The position numbers were made by a program, and so were the translations under genes. Positions 9,679 through 18,103 of a DNA stretch of 64,000 nt are shown here, in pieces. Source of the stretch: Minisyncoccia bacterium (GTDB taxonomy: Bacteria > Patescibacteriota > Minisyncoccia > Phycocordibacterales > Phycocordibacteraceae); contig JBBQUV010000005.1 of assembly GCA_038212075.1 (NCBI GenBank), positions 9,984-73,983 on the forward strand, in the 5' to 3' direction. Each line of letters starts with the position of its first letter. Position 1 is the first letter of the stretch. Under the pieces are notes generated by a model, which was not told where the DNA came from, searched no databases, and saw only the letters and a list, made by a program, of their open reading frames with translations.

Positions 9679-10296
9679 ATGTATATCTCTCTTTTTCTCC
9701 TCGTGTCTGTGGCCTTTATTGCGAGTGTAGAACTTGTAAAAAGGAGGGCTCAGATTTCAAGTGATTTTACCAGAAGAGTGACCCATATAGGTGCAGCGTT
9801 TATTGCGGCGGCGGCCCCACTGTTTATAAACCAGCAAGCAATTATTATCGCGTGTCTATTTTTTGCTGGCACATTACTGCTCGCACGTCGGAGCGATATG
9901 TTTTCGTCGATACATGACGTTAAGCGCACCACCTTTGGAGACGTTTATTTACCCTTGGGGGAGGCTATTTCTGCTGCTATCTTTCTTCCTCATGCAGTCT
10001 TAGCTTTCCAATTCGGAGTGCTTGTGATGGGTATATCTGACGCCTTGGCAGGTCTCGTTGGCGAAAAATTCGGCAGACATAAGGTTACTTTTTTCGATAA
10101 TACAAAGAGCCTTGAGGGAGCCACGGTTTTTTTTGTCAGTACCCTAATCTTGGCGCTTCTGTTCGTTCCGGTTTTTAGTTACCAAATATTGTTTATCGCC
10201 GTCATACTGACGCTGGTGGAGTTCTTACTGATATATGGCTTAGATAACTTAGTATTGCCGATTATCGGATCGATTCTCATTCAAACGGTACTGTAG
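9679..10296 (+). CDS. CTP-transferase-family (CdsA superfamily) membrane protein, polyprenol (dolichol/phytol) kinase-like; a CDP-alcohol-synthase (CarS-like) role is not excluded
   Basis: 205-aa polytopic protein; block ISDALAGLVGEKFGRHKV...KSLEGATVFFVS resembles the dolichol-kinase/phytol-kinase C-terminal signature (GDxxAxxxGxxxGxHK...K[ST]xEGS); lacks the PGHGGxxDRxD of true CdsA. Confidence 0.5.
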   Translation: MYISLFLLVSVAFIASVELVKRRAQISSDFTRRVTHIGAAFIAAAAPLFINQQAIIIACLFFAGTLLLARRSDMFSSIHDVKRTTFGDVYLPLGEAISAAIFLPHAVLAFQFGVLVMGISDALAGLVGEKFGRHKVTFFDNTKSLEGATVFFVSTLILALLFVPVFSYQILFIAVILTLVEFLLIYGLDNLVLPIIGSILIQTVL

Positions 10297-10409
10297 AAAT
10301 GATCTACCCTGCGAGGGCATAGTTACGTGTGAAGATCGTATTACCGCTCATCGCAACGGTTCCAACTTCGTACCAGAGGGTCAGTCGGATTAAGTTATAC
10401 TTCTAGAAT

Positions 10410-10886
10410 ATGATATCTAAAAACACAATCTGTATTTGGTTTGATAAAGATGCGGAAACTGCGGCGAATTTTTACGCCGCTACTTTTCCGGATAGCAACG
10501 TAGTTAGTGTTTTCCGTGCGCCAAGTGATTTCCCTGGTGGTAAGCAGGGCGACGTACTAACGGTAGAGTTTATTGTTTGTGGAATTCCCTGTATCGGTTT
10601 AAATGGCGGTCCTATATTTAAGCAAAGTGAAGCTTTTTCCTTTCAGATTGCAACGGACAATCAGGAAGAAACAGATCGCTACTGGAATGCGATTGTTGAG
10701 AATGGTGGTCAAGAGAGCGAATGTGGATGGTGCAAGGATCGCTGGGGAGTATCGTGGCAGATTACGCCACGCACCCTTACCGAGGCGCTTGCCGCCGGTG
10801 GCGCAGAAGCAAAACGAGCGTTTGACGCGATGATGACTATGAAAAAAATCGATGTAGCCGCTATTGACGCCGCACGACGGATTTGA
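10410..10886 (+). CDS. VOC/PhnB-like protein (Pfam '3-demethylubiquinone-9 3-methyltransferase' domain family)
   Basis: 158 aa; WGVSWQI block and size typical of that glyoxalase-fold family. Confidence 0.55.
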   Translation: MISKNTICIWFDKDAETAANFYAATFPDSNVVSVFRAPSDFPGGKQGDVLTVEFIVCGIPCIGLNGGPIFKQSEAFSFQIATDNQEETDRYWNAIVENGGQESECGWCKDRWGVSWQITPRTLTEALAAGGAEAKRAFDAMMTMKKIDVAAIDAARRI

Positions 10887-10980
10887 GAGCACGCTTCTCG
10901 ATTATATGTATTTCAAATCAAAAAAGATTTCGTTATTCATTTTAGGTACCACCAGCATCGTTGCAGACAGCTGATAAACA

Positions 10981-11010
10981 AAACCCGCCGGACACTTTTG
11001 GTGCCGGCGG
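10981..11010 (-). terminator. rho-independent terminator hairpin (T-tract on minus strand; serves gene 11035-11436 and possibly bidirectional)
   Basis: CCCGCCGG...CCGGCGGG stem followed on the minus strand by TTTTGTTTAT. Confidence 0.5.
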
Positions 11011-11034
11011 GGGAGGGACCGTGATCACGGGCGA

Positions 11035-11436
11035 TCATGGTCCCCAAGTGAAGTAGATGCAGAACGTCGACGGAGCCAAAACCCAACCGTCGGTCCACCA
11101 ACCACCCAAACCGATCACTCGCTTTTGAGCGATGTAATCGTCGCGGGCATCGATGAGGTTTCGATAGTCGACCCTGTAGTGGAAGTGGTCTTCCAGATCC
11201 ACCATCCTCGAGTCGAGGTAGTTGTAATACACCGTCGACACTACGAGATCGGCGAGCAGTATTCCAACTGCGATTTTCGTCCACCTCGCATGCTTTGTGG
11301 TCACGATGAACGCCGTGAGCACACAAACAATTAAAACAAAGCCGAAGAATGTAAGCACGAGTTTCTCCTGTGCTGGTGGGTTACCTGTCGCGGAACTAGC
11401 GAAGTTTATAGTAGCATGTATATATAAATATGTCAA
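11035..11436 (-). CDS. hypothetical membrane-anchored protein (TTG start as listed; true start uncertain)
   Basis: 133-aa ORF with one hydrophobic helix (LVLTFFGFVLIVCVLTAFIV) and a W/G-rich C-terminus; terminator hairpin 25 nt downstream. Confidence 0.35.
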   Translation of the reverse strand: MTYLYIHATINFASSATGNPPAQEKLVLTFFGFVLIVCVLTAFIVTTKHARWTKIAVGILLADLVVSTVYYNYLDSRMVDLEDHFHYRVDYRNLIDARDDYIAQKRVIGLGGWWTDGWVLAPSTFCIYFTWGP

Positions 11437-11475
11437 TATTCCTTATTTCGATTCTGCGGGTGGTAGAGTCTGCAC

Positions 11476-11589
11476 ATGAATCTAAACGCACATAGGTACG
11501 ACGTCATTGTCGTTGGTGGGGGAGCGTCCGGCATGATGGCCGCCGCTATAGCGAGCGCACGTGGCAAGCGCAATGTTCTTCTTTTTTAA
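11476..11589 (+). pseudogene. 37-codon 5' fragment duplicating the start of the HI0933-family flavoprotein gene at 14105
   Basis: MNLNAHRYDVIVVGGGASGMMAAAIASARGKRNVLLF* vs MEDSTPKRYNVIVVGGGASGMMAAAIASARGKRVLLLEKN; about 85 nt near-identical (50-nt perfect run) then diverges; TAA at 11587. Confidence 0.6.
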
Positions 11590-11761
11590 CGACCCTGAGG
11601 GTCCGAACTTGCTCATAGTTGTTGTGCTGGCAGCAATCCTATACCTAGTATCTTTAGCGGTATATTTTTTCGATTTCCCAGCTACTGGTCTCAAGAGACT
11701 TTTAATGGTTATTCTCGTTCAGATACTAATAGTCACCGGCCTGTATTTTTTCTTGAATTAG
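11561..11761 (+). CDS. hypothetical small 2-TM membrane protein
   Basis: 66-aa ORF, two hydrophobic helices; lies between the gene fragment and the 654-aa ORF. Confidence 0.3.
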   Translation: MASAMFFFFNDPEGPNLLIVVVLAAILYLVSLAVYFFDFPATGLKRLLMVILVQILIVTGLYFFLN

Positions 11762-11834
11762 GGCCCACTTCATACTGAACATTTTTATCCACAAGCATAT
11801 TAGTTTGGGTCTGTAGACATGTTACAGTCACACC

Positions 11835-13799
11835 GTGGAAGCCCCTATTCCAGAAGCGACACCTCCCATTCCGCCAGTGCCTGGCGCCCACCCGGAAATA
11901 AGCATAACTCTATTTGCTGGCATCATTATTCTGGAAATCTTGCTCGTTTGCGTATTTGCCTCGTGGAAATTTGGATTTCTGACGGAAAAAAATACTGTAG
12001 TAAATAATGGTGAAGAAACAAGCACCGTAACAGAAGACACTGGAACATCGCAAGGGAACTACAATTCTTCTGATCGATTTTTGACTCCACAACAGTTTCA
12101 AGTTGCGCGATTAAGTCTTGGCAGTACCACCCCCAAAGTACTCAAAGACAAGTATGATCTGTTCGTGCTCAGCCAACCGTACGAAGATATTGATACTAAC
12201 GGCGTTACCACCTATTACGAAGATGGGACTTTGTCGTCGGGAACATATGCGGGATACCATGTGATTATTGCTCGTATTACACCCTATGACAACGATGGAC
12301 CTGGCAGTAGCGACGAGTACTACACCTTCATCACCAAGGATTACCGCTCATTTATTGTATTTACCCCAGAGATAGGAAAACTACCGAATCCGACATGGTT
12401 TAATACTGCGCGCGTTGTCCAAGCGGATCATTTCGCAACTCATTTTCCAAACACTATTCCGTTTGGGAATTTTGTTCTTACAAAAAGTGAATGGTTTAAC
12501 TCAGATGTTTTGTATGATCACAACAATACTTCTCCTGTAGGAACGGTTGAACTCACGAGTCCCGATCCACACCTGAAAATTTTCTCTGAGCCAGAAGAAC
12601 CTCTTACTAACCTTGAAGATACTCTTACAAAGACGCTTGCCGATGCTGCAGCCGCGTACATTTATGGGCGGACCACCGTTATGGTGCGCGATGAAGCAGG
12701 GATTGGATTTGTTTACTCGCTTTCCTTTGCGCACTTTGCAAATCCAAATGATCCAGCAGGTCGTATTCCAAACACCGAGTACCGCTACGGATATTTGGGA
12801 GTAGCTCAAAACCAGCCGACGCTCTATTCTTCCTATGCAAAATTAATTCCTTACGGTTGCGAAGGCGCAAACTCCTCTGAGAGTTACGTTCTTAAGAATA
12901 TCTCTGATGCTGATGTCCGCGACACGGGTATTAAGTGGCAGGGTGTTGAGTTGTATGCCTTTGCGAACGCACGTAATCCACTCACCGAGGCCCATTATCG
13001 TCAAAAGGTTGCAGCATACGCCGCGATATATAAGAACGGAAGCGAGTCCGCCACTCTGGATACACTTGCGTTTACTGACTATATAGCAAAAACCCCAACG
13101 CTTCTTTTTAAAGATCCGTGGGGCAGATGGGTGGGTGTTGGAGAAGATGAATACAAGGTAACTGGAGGTTGCGGGAAACCGGTGATTTACCTGTATCCTC
13201 CTCAATCGACTGAGGTATCAGTGCAATTTATGCAATCACCGAGGTTCACTACTGATATACCAATCTATGAAAATGGTTGGAAGGTACTCGCGGAAACGAC
13301 GGGAGCACTTCACGACTTGCAGCCAGCCCTGACTCCTTGCGAGACATTGGCTACCAACGTATTTGGCTCCGAATATGCGGGAGCAGCCTGCAAAACAAAC
13401 ACCTACCCATATCTCTTCTGGGCAGGACAAGCAAATGGAAACTACCCAACGCCGACTGGAGGATGGATTGTGGAGAAGGCAAACATAGAATCGTTTCTAG
13501 GATCAAAATTGACTGAGCTTGGCTTAAATGACACAGAACGCAATGACATGCTCTCATTCTGGGTGCCGCAACTCATGAAAAAGAATAGTCCGTACTATCG
13601 GTTGGCTTTCTTTCAAACGAGCGAAATGAACCATTTCATACCTATGATTATTTCACCGCGTCCCGATAGCATGCTCCGACTCTTCCTTGATTGGACACCG
13701 CTTTCTACTCTTCCGGATCATCTCCCACAGCCACAACAGTTACATCAATTCCACCGGTCTGGATTTGCGGTAGTCGAGTGGGGAGGTCTTGATCGTTAA
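11835..13799 (+). CDS. hypothetical large exported / membrane-anchored protein
   Basis: 654 aa; Pro-rich N-terminus then one TM/signal-anchor (ISITLFAGIIILEILLVCVFASW); large hydrophilic Y/W/N/T-rich ectodomain; no motif recognised. Confidence 0.55.
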   Translation: MEAPIPEATPPIPPVPGAHPEISITLFAGIIILEILLVCVFASWKFGFLTEKNTVVNNGEETSTVTEDTGTSQGNYNSSDRFLTPQQFQVARLSLGSTTPKVLKDKYDLFVLSQPYEDIDTNGVTTYYEDGTLSSGTYAGYHVIIARITPYDNDGPGSSDEYYTFITKDYRSFIVFTPEIGKLPNPTWFNTARVVQADHFATHFPNTIPFGNFVLTKSEWFNSDVLYDHNNTSPVGTVELTSPDPHLKIFSEPEEPLTNLEDTLTKTLADAAAAYIYGRTTVMVRDEAGIGFVYSLSFAHFANPNDPAGRIPNTEYRYGYLGVAQNQPTLYSSYAKLIPYGCEGANSSESYVLKNISDADVRDTGIKWQGVELYAFANARNPLTEAHYRQKVAAYAAIYKNGSESATLDTLAFTDYIAKTPTLLFKDPWGRWVGVGEDEYKVTGGCGKPVIYLYPPQSTEVSVQFMQSPRFTTDIPIYENGWKVLAETTGALHDLQPALTPCETLATNVFGSEYAGAACKTNTYPYLFWAGQANGNYPTPTGGWIVEKANIESFLGSKLTELGLNDTERNDMLSFWVPQLMKKNSPYYRLAFFQTSEMNHFIPMIISPRPDSMLRLFLDWTPLSTLPDHLPQPQQLHQFHRSGFAVVEWGGLDR

Positions 13800-13849
13800 G
13801 TCAAATAATTGCCGCCCTTTTTAGCTAAGGACAGCGGTATCATAAGCAA

Positions 13850-14026
13850 ATGGAACGAATGCTGGCTGATTTGTGCAAGGTCCTTGCTGCTAAGCCGAAG
13901 GCGCTCACGCCAGACGAACACAGAGATTTTACTGACTGGATAAACGCTGCTAAGGAATCTGATGAGCGCACGAAGCGAATAGGAAAAGCGTGCGTGATGC
14001 TGTTGTCCGGTAAACGGCACCCCTGA
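13850..14026 (+). CDS. hypothetical small ORF (58 aa), below the ORF-track cutoff
   Basis: ATG 13850 to TGA 14024-14026; basic, helical-looking; no RBS; weak. Confidence 0.15.
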   Translation: MERMLADLCKVLAAKPKALTPDEHRDFTDWINAAKESDERTKRIGKACVMLLSGKRHP

Positions 14027-14104
14027 TTCTAGCCATCTACGTCGACCAAAATTTGAGCATCGTATCTGGGACACGAGGCTAATTGTGATAGGTTATAGCA
14101 ACAC

Positions 14105-15355
14105 ATGGAAGACAGTACTCCCAAGCGCTATAACGTTATTGTCGTTGGTGGGGGAGCGTCCGGCATGATGGCCGCCGCTATAGCGAGTGCGCGCGGCAAG
14201 CGCGTGCTTCTTCTTGAAAAGAATTCAAGACTTGGCGAGAAGCTTGCCATATCCGGCGGCGGCCGTTGTAACATACTGAACGCTGAAGAAGACGAGAAAA
14301 AACTTCTTGCACAGTATGGAAAATCAGAACAATTTCTCTACTCAACGTTTGCGAAGTTTGGAATGAAGGACGCGTATACATTTTTTGAAACAAACGGCTT
14401 GCCGCTCATCGTAGAAGGTCGCAAACGCGCATTTCCCAAAACTGAAAAAGCAAAGGACGTGGTACGGACGCTAGAGCGTGCTCTTACCAAGGGAAATGTT
14501 GCTATCCGCCTGAAGTCTCCTGTGACAAAAGTACATCACGAACACGGACGCATTACTTCTGTTGAAGCGGGCGGAACTGCATACTCTGCTGACTCCTACA
14601 TCTTTGCGACTGGAGGATTTTCTCGCCCCGAGACCGGTTCAACAGGTGACGGCTTTTCTTGGCTTACGAGTCTTGGGCACACGTTTCATCCGCCAACCCC
14701 AACCATTGTCCCGCTGAAATCAAAAGAATCGTGGGCGAAAGAGCTCTCCGGTACTTCCGCGCCAGACGCAAAGATTACGTTTTCAGTGGAAGGTAAACGT
14801 GCTTTTTCTGCGATTGGTTCAATTCTTTTTACCCATACCGGAATATCAGGGCCCACGATTCTAAATTCTTCTGGAAAGGTGGCGGATCTTCTGCAAGAAG
14901 GGGAAGTAACGGCAACCATAGACCTTTTTCATAAAACCGACGTAGGTACTCTTGATAAGGTACTTTCTGATGTATTCGATCAGAACAAAAATAAATCGTT
15001 AAGAAATGCGTTCAGAACCTTCGTTCCACCAGGAATGAGTACGGTGTTGCTTTCACTGCTTCCTGATATTGATGTGGAAACAAAAGTACACAGTGTGACT
15101 AAAGAAAATCGACGACGACTGGTAGTTCTTGTGAAATCGTTACCGCTTAGTATCACGGGGCTCATGGGGTTCAATAAAGCGGTTGTCGCAGATGGAGGTG
15201 TACCGCTTACGGAAATAGATATGCGAACCATGCGTTCGAAGAAAGTAGAAAACCTTTTTATCATCGGCGACTTACTCCACATTGCAAGACCGTCAGGTGG
15301 CTACTCACTGCAGTTGTGCTGGACGACTGGACACGTTGCTGGTACAGCCATATAG
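14105..15355 (+). CDS. HI0933-family FAD-dependent flavoprotein (BaiN / aminoacetone-oxidase family)
   Basis: 416 aa; N-terminal FAD dinucleotide fold VIVVGGGASGMMAAAIASARGKRVLLLEKNSRLGEKLAISGGGRCNILN, which is the family signature. Confidence 0.8.
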   Translation: MEDSTPKRYNVIVVGGGASGMMAAAIASARGKRVLLLEKNSRLGEKLAISGGGRCNILNAEEDEKKLLAQYGKSEQFLYSTFAKFGMKDAYTFFETNGLPLIVEGRKRAFPKTEKAKDVVRTLERALTKGNVAIRLKSPVTKVHHEHGRITSVEAGGTAYSADSYIFATGGFSRPETGSTGDGFSWLTSLGHTFHPPTPTIVPLKSKESWAKELSGTSAPDAKITFSVEGKRAFSAIGSILFTHTGISGPTILNSSGKVADLLQEGEVTATIDLFHKTDVGTLDKVLSDVFDQNKNKSLRNAFRTFVPPGMSTVLLSLLPDIDVETKVHSVTKENRRRLVVLVKSLPLSITGLMGFNKAVVADGGVPLTEIDMRTMRSKKVENLFIIGDLLHIARPSGGYSLQLCWTTGHVAGTAI

Positions 15356-15456
15356 CGTCGTTCCAGATCTCTCGCAAACTCGCTGTTTTTGTCTTGTTAT
15401 AGTGAAGGGGTTAAGAAAATAAAAATTGTCACACTTTTTAATTTTTTGTCGTACGT

Positions 15457-16098
15457 ATGAAAATTACTAAATATGGACATTCCTGTCTGCTTATTGAAGT
15501 GGGTAGCGTGGCAATACTCAGTGACCCGGGGATGTGGAATTCTTTTCCAGATGCGGATCGGATTGATGCCATTCTCCTTACGCACGAGCATCAAGATCAT
15601 TCAGATATTGATCAATTGAAGGCGCTTATACAAAAACATCCGCAGGTTCGGATACTCACCCATGCGGGAGTGGGGAAGAAATTGGATGAGGCGAGTATCG
15701 TCTACGAAACAATGGGTTCAGGCGACGTGGTGCAGGTGAACGGCGTCGCGGTAGAAAGTTGCGGTACTGAACACGCCGTTATTTACGGGGCGATACCGTG
15801 CCAAAATACCGGATTTCTTATCGCCGACGAACTTTTTATAACCGGAGATTCTTTGCACGATATTCCTTCAAAACCGGTGAGAGTGCTTGCGCTTCCCACT
15901 GGCGGGCCATGGATGAAACTTGGCGAAGCTATTGAATACGCAAAAAAAGTAAAACCAGAGGTAGTTTTCCCTGTGCACGATGCGCTCTATATAGAAGAAG
16001 TACAGCGCGGAATGATTCCGCGGATGGTCAGTATGCACTTGGAACCTGTTGGCATTGCGTTTGTAGACCTCGCCGCTGGCGCAACATATGAGTTTTAG
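15457..16098 (+). CDS. MBL-fold metallo-hydrolase
   Basis: 213 aa; HEHQDHSD (HxHxDH) zinc-binding motif. Confidence 0.7.
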   Translation: MKITKYGHSCLLIEVGSVAILSDPGMWNSFPDADRIDAILLTHEHQDHSDIDQLKALIQKHPQVRILTHAGVGKKLDEASIVYETMGSGDVVQVNGVAVESCGTEHAVIYGAIPCQNTGFLIADELFITGDSLHDIPSKPVRVLALPTGGPWMKLGEAIEYAKKVKPEVVFPVHDALYIEEVQRGMIPRMVSMHLEPVGIAFVDLAAGATYEF

Positions 16099-16191
16099 TT
16101 CGTCCGTATCCTACAGACGCTGAATACTTCTACACCACCTGAAGGACAGGTGCTTATTATTGACGTGCCCATGTACTAACTTGTTTTTTGA

Positions 16192-16197
16192 TATACT
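16192..16197 (+). promoter_or_regulatory. extended -10 element (TGaTATACT) 6 nt upstream of ATG 16204; putative leaderless transcript
   Basis: TATACT at 16192-16197 preceded by TG; no SD before ATG. Confidence 0.35.
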
Positions 16198-16203
16198 CCC
16201 ACT

Positions 16204-16824
16204 ATGAAATCATATTACTGGTTGGTTGGTATCGCTGTCGTTGTTATCGGACTTATCGCATGGGTACATGTTGGCGCACCGCAATTGGGCGCTGATACGG
16301 CAAAGACCGTTTCCGATAACGTCTCACTAGCCGGTATTCAAACAGGTGCGGCACCATGGGCTCCTGAAATAGACAACCTCAAGGCACGGCTTTATGCAGA
16401 CGGACTTCCGCTCCTTGCGGAAGAGGGGGTAGTGCTTCATATCCACCAACATCTCGACGTTTTTCTCGATGGTGTTCCGCTCGCTATTCCGGCAGATATC
16501 GGTATCGATGAACACACGAAACACATCGCTCCTATTCATGTGCACGATACTTCAGGAATTATTCATGTTGAATCACCCTTTGTCGCCAGCTTCACTCTGG
16601 GGCAAGTGTTCGATGTGTGGGGCGTGCGGTTTTCAAAAGACTGCATTGGAGGGTATTGCACCGACACAGCACACCACCTGAATATTTTTGTGAACGGAAC
16701 ACGCTATGACAGCGATCCTCGCACCCTAGTGCTTCAGCCACACCAAGAAATAGCGATTACGTACGGCACCGATTCGGAAACACCGAAGATTCCAGCGAGC
16801 TACGTATTTCCGGAAGGATATTAG
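16204..16824 (+). CDS. hypothetical secreted His-rich protein
   Basis: 206 aa; N-terminal signal/TM; repeated HxH clusters (HIHQH, HVHD, IHVES). Confidence 0.45.
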   Translation: MKSYYWLVGIAVVVIGLIAWVHVGAPQLGADTAKTVSDNVSLAGIQTGAAPWAPEIDNLKARLYADGLPLLAEEGVVLHIHQHLDVFLDGVPLAIPADIGIDEHTKHIAPIHVHDTSGIIHVESPFVASFTLGQVFDVWGVRFSKDCIGGYCTDTAHHLNIFVNGTRYDSDPRTLVLQPHQEIAITYGTDSETPKIPASYVFPEGY

Positions 16825-16857
16825 AACGCACACAGTATTTGACGTGCTCGCGTACCG

Positions 16858-16863
16858 TATACT
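16858..16863 (+). promoter_or_regulatory. -10 element TATACT 6 nt upstream of ATG 16870; putative leaderless transcript
   Basis: TATACT 16858-16863; TTGACG located 13-19 nt upstream; no SD. Confidence 0.35.
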
Positions 16864-16869
16864 TTTTAT

Positions 16870-18090
16870 ATGGATATACGAGCAGATGCTCACGCGCTGT
16901 ATAAAAAAAATCGCCGCATGCATGGGGAGTTTGAGTACACGGTCCCAGACGGATTCGTCTACCCTTATCAGTGGCTGTGGGACTCTTGTTTTCACGCAAT
17001 CGTGCTTTCCATGCTTGAACCAGATGCCGCAAAACGTGAGCTTGAGTCGCTCGTTTCAAAACAATTTGCAGATGGGATGGTTCCCAATATTATTTTTTGG
17101 GATATAAAAATTACTCGACCCTATCACTGGGATTGGGTAACAGGCAAAACTACTTCTATTACCCAGCCACCAATGCTTGCGTATGCGGCATGGGAAGTGT
17201 ATCGCCGCACCGGCGACAAGGCGTTTCTTGAAAAACTCTATCCGCACATTCTTGCGTTTTATAAATATTTGATTGGCAATCGCGACCCGCAAGACCACCA
17301 TCTTGCCGGCATCATAAATCCTGATGAGTCCGGTGAAGACAATTCACCACGTTTTGATATTCCTATGCATGTCGATAGCGATATTTCGTTTCTTGGGCAT
17401 ATGCAACGACGACGCAAATTGATTCATGAAAATCGCGTATGCAATTTTGACGCAGAGATTTGCATGAGCAAAAACTTTTGGGTAAAAGACGTGCCCTTTA
17501 ACGCCATACTCATTCGCAATCTTGAGTCACTCGGACACATCGCTTCGTTTCTTGGTCATGAGCAAGGTGAACAGTTTGCAAAACTACATTCAGGACTGGT
17601 TGCAAATGCAATGCGTGAACGGTTGTTTGCTGACGGCGTGTTCTGGTCTGCGATGGATCACGACTATAAACCACTTCGAGTTGCAACATGGGCGCACTTT
17701 GCTCCGTTATTTGCGGGGCTCTATACGAAAAACGAGGCAGACGCACTGATGAGTGAGCACTTTGAAAATCACGAAACTTTCCGCTCGCGATTCGGCATTC
17801 GTACGGTTTCAAAGCAGGAGCCCGCGTACCGTTCGGACGCGTTTTGGCGCGGCCCTATCTGGTTTGCGCCACACTGGTTTATCTACCAAGGACTGATGAA
17901 TTATGGTTATAAAGCAGAAGCAAAGTTTATTCGTGATGCAACCGTAGGACTGATTGAACAAAATGGGTTTCGCGAGTATTTCAACCCAGAAACTGGTGTG
18001 GGGTACGGTGCACGCAACTTCACCTGGGGTGCGCTCGTGCTTGATATGGAAGAGGAGGTGCCGTGGTCGCAACCAGAAAACGGCGCGTGA
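16870..18090 (+). CDS. six-hairpin glycoside hydrolase-like protein (GH63 / glycogen-debranching / mannosylglycerate-hydrolase-like)
   Basis: 406 aa; YPYQWLWDSCFHAI block typical of (alpha/alpha)6-barrel glucosidases. Confidence 0.5.
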   Translation: MDIRADAHALYKKNRRMHGEFEYTVPDGFVYPYQWLWDSCFHAIVLSMLEPDAAKRELESLVSKQFADGMVPNIIFWDIKITRPYHWDWVTGKTTSITQPPMLAYAAWEVYRRTGDKAFLEKLYPHILAFYKYLIGNRDPQDHHLAGIINPDESGEDNSPRFDIPMHVDSDISFLGHMQRRRKLIHENRVCNFDAEICMSKNFWVKDVPFNAILIRNLESLGHIASFLGHEQGEQFAKLHSGLVANAMRERLFADGVFWSAMDHDYKPLRVATWAHFAPLFAGLYTKNEADALMSEHFENHETFRSRFGIRTVSKQEPAYRSDAFWRGPIWFAPHWFIYQGLMNYGYKAEAKFIRDATVGLIEQNGFREYFNPETGVGYGARNFTWGALVLDMEEEVPWSQPENGA

Positions 18091-18103
18091 TACACTTCAC
18101 GTA

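Noticed and set aside
10937-11326. 129-aa minus-strand ORF overlapping 11035-11436
   Set aside because: It has an Arg/His/Gly-rich non-protein-like composition. The alternative frame gives a TM-containing product and is followed by a terminator.
14086-14104. Promoter call for the intact flavoprotein gene
   Set aside because: Only a weak TGaTAGGTT / TATAGC -10-like element is present, with non-ideal spacing, so it is mentioned in the duplication finding but not annotated.
17954-18103. ORF-track start of the 417-aa ORF overlapping the 3' end of the glycosidase gene
   Set aside because: It overlaps 136 nt of the upstream gene in another frame. ATG 18104 directly follows the upstream stop and gives a sensible signal-anchor N-terminus.
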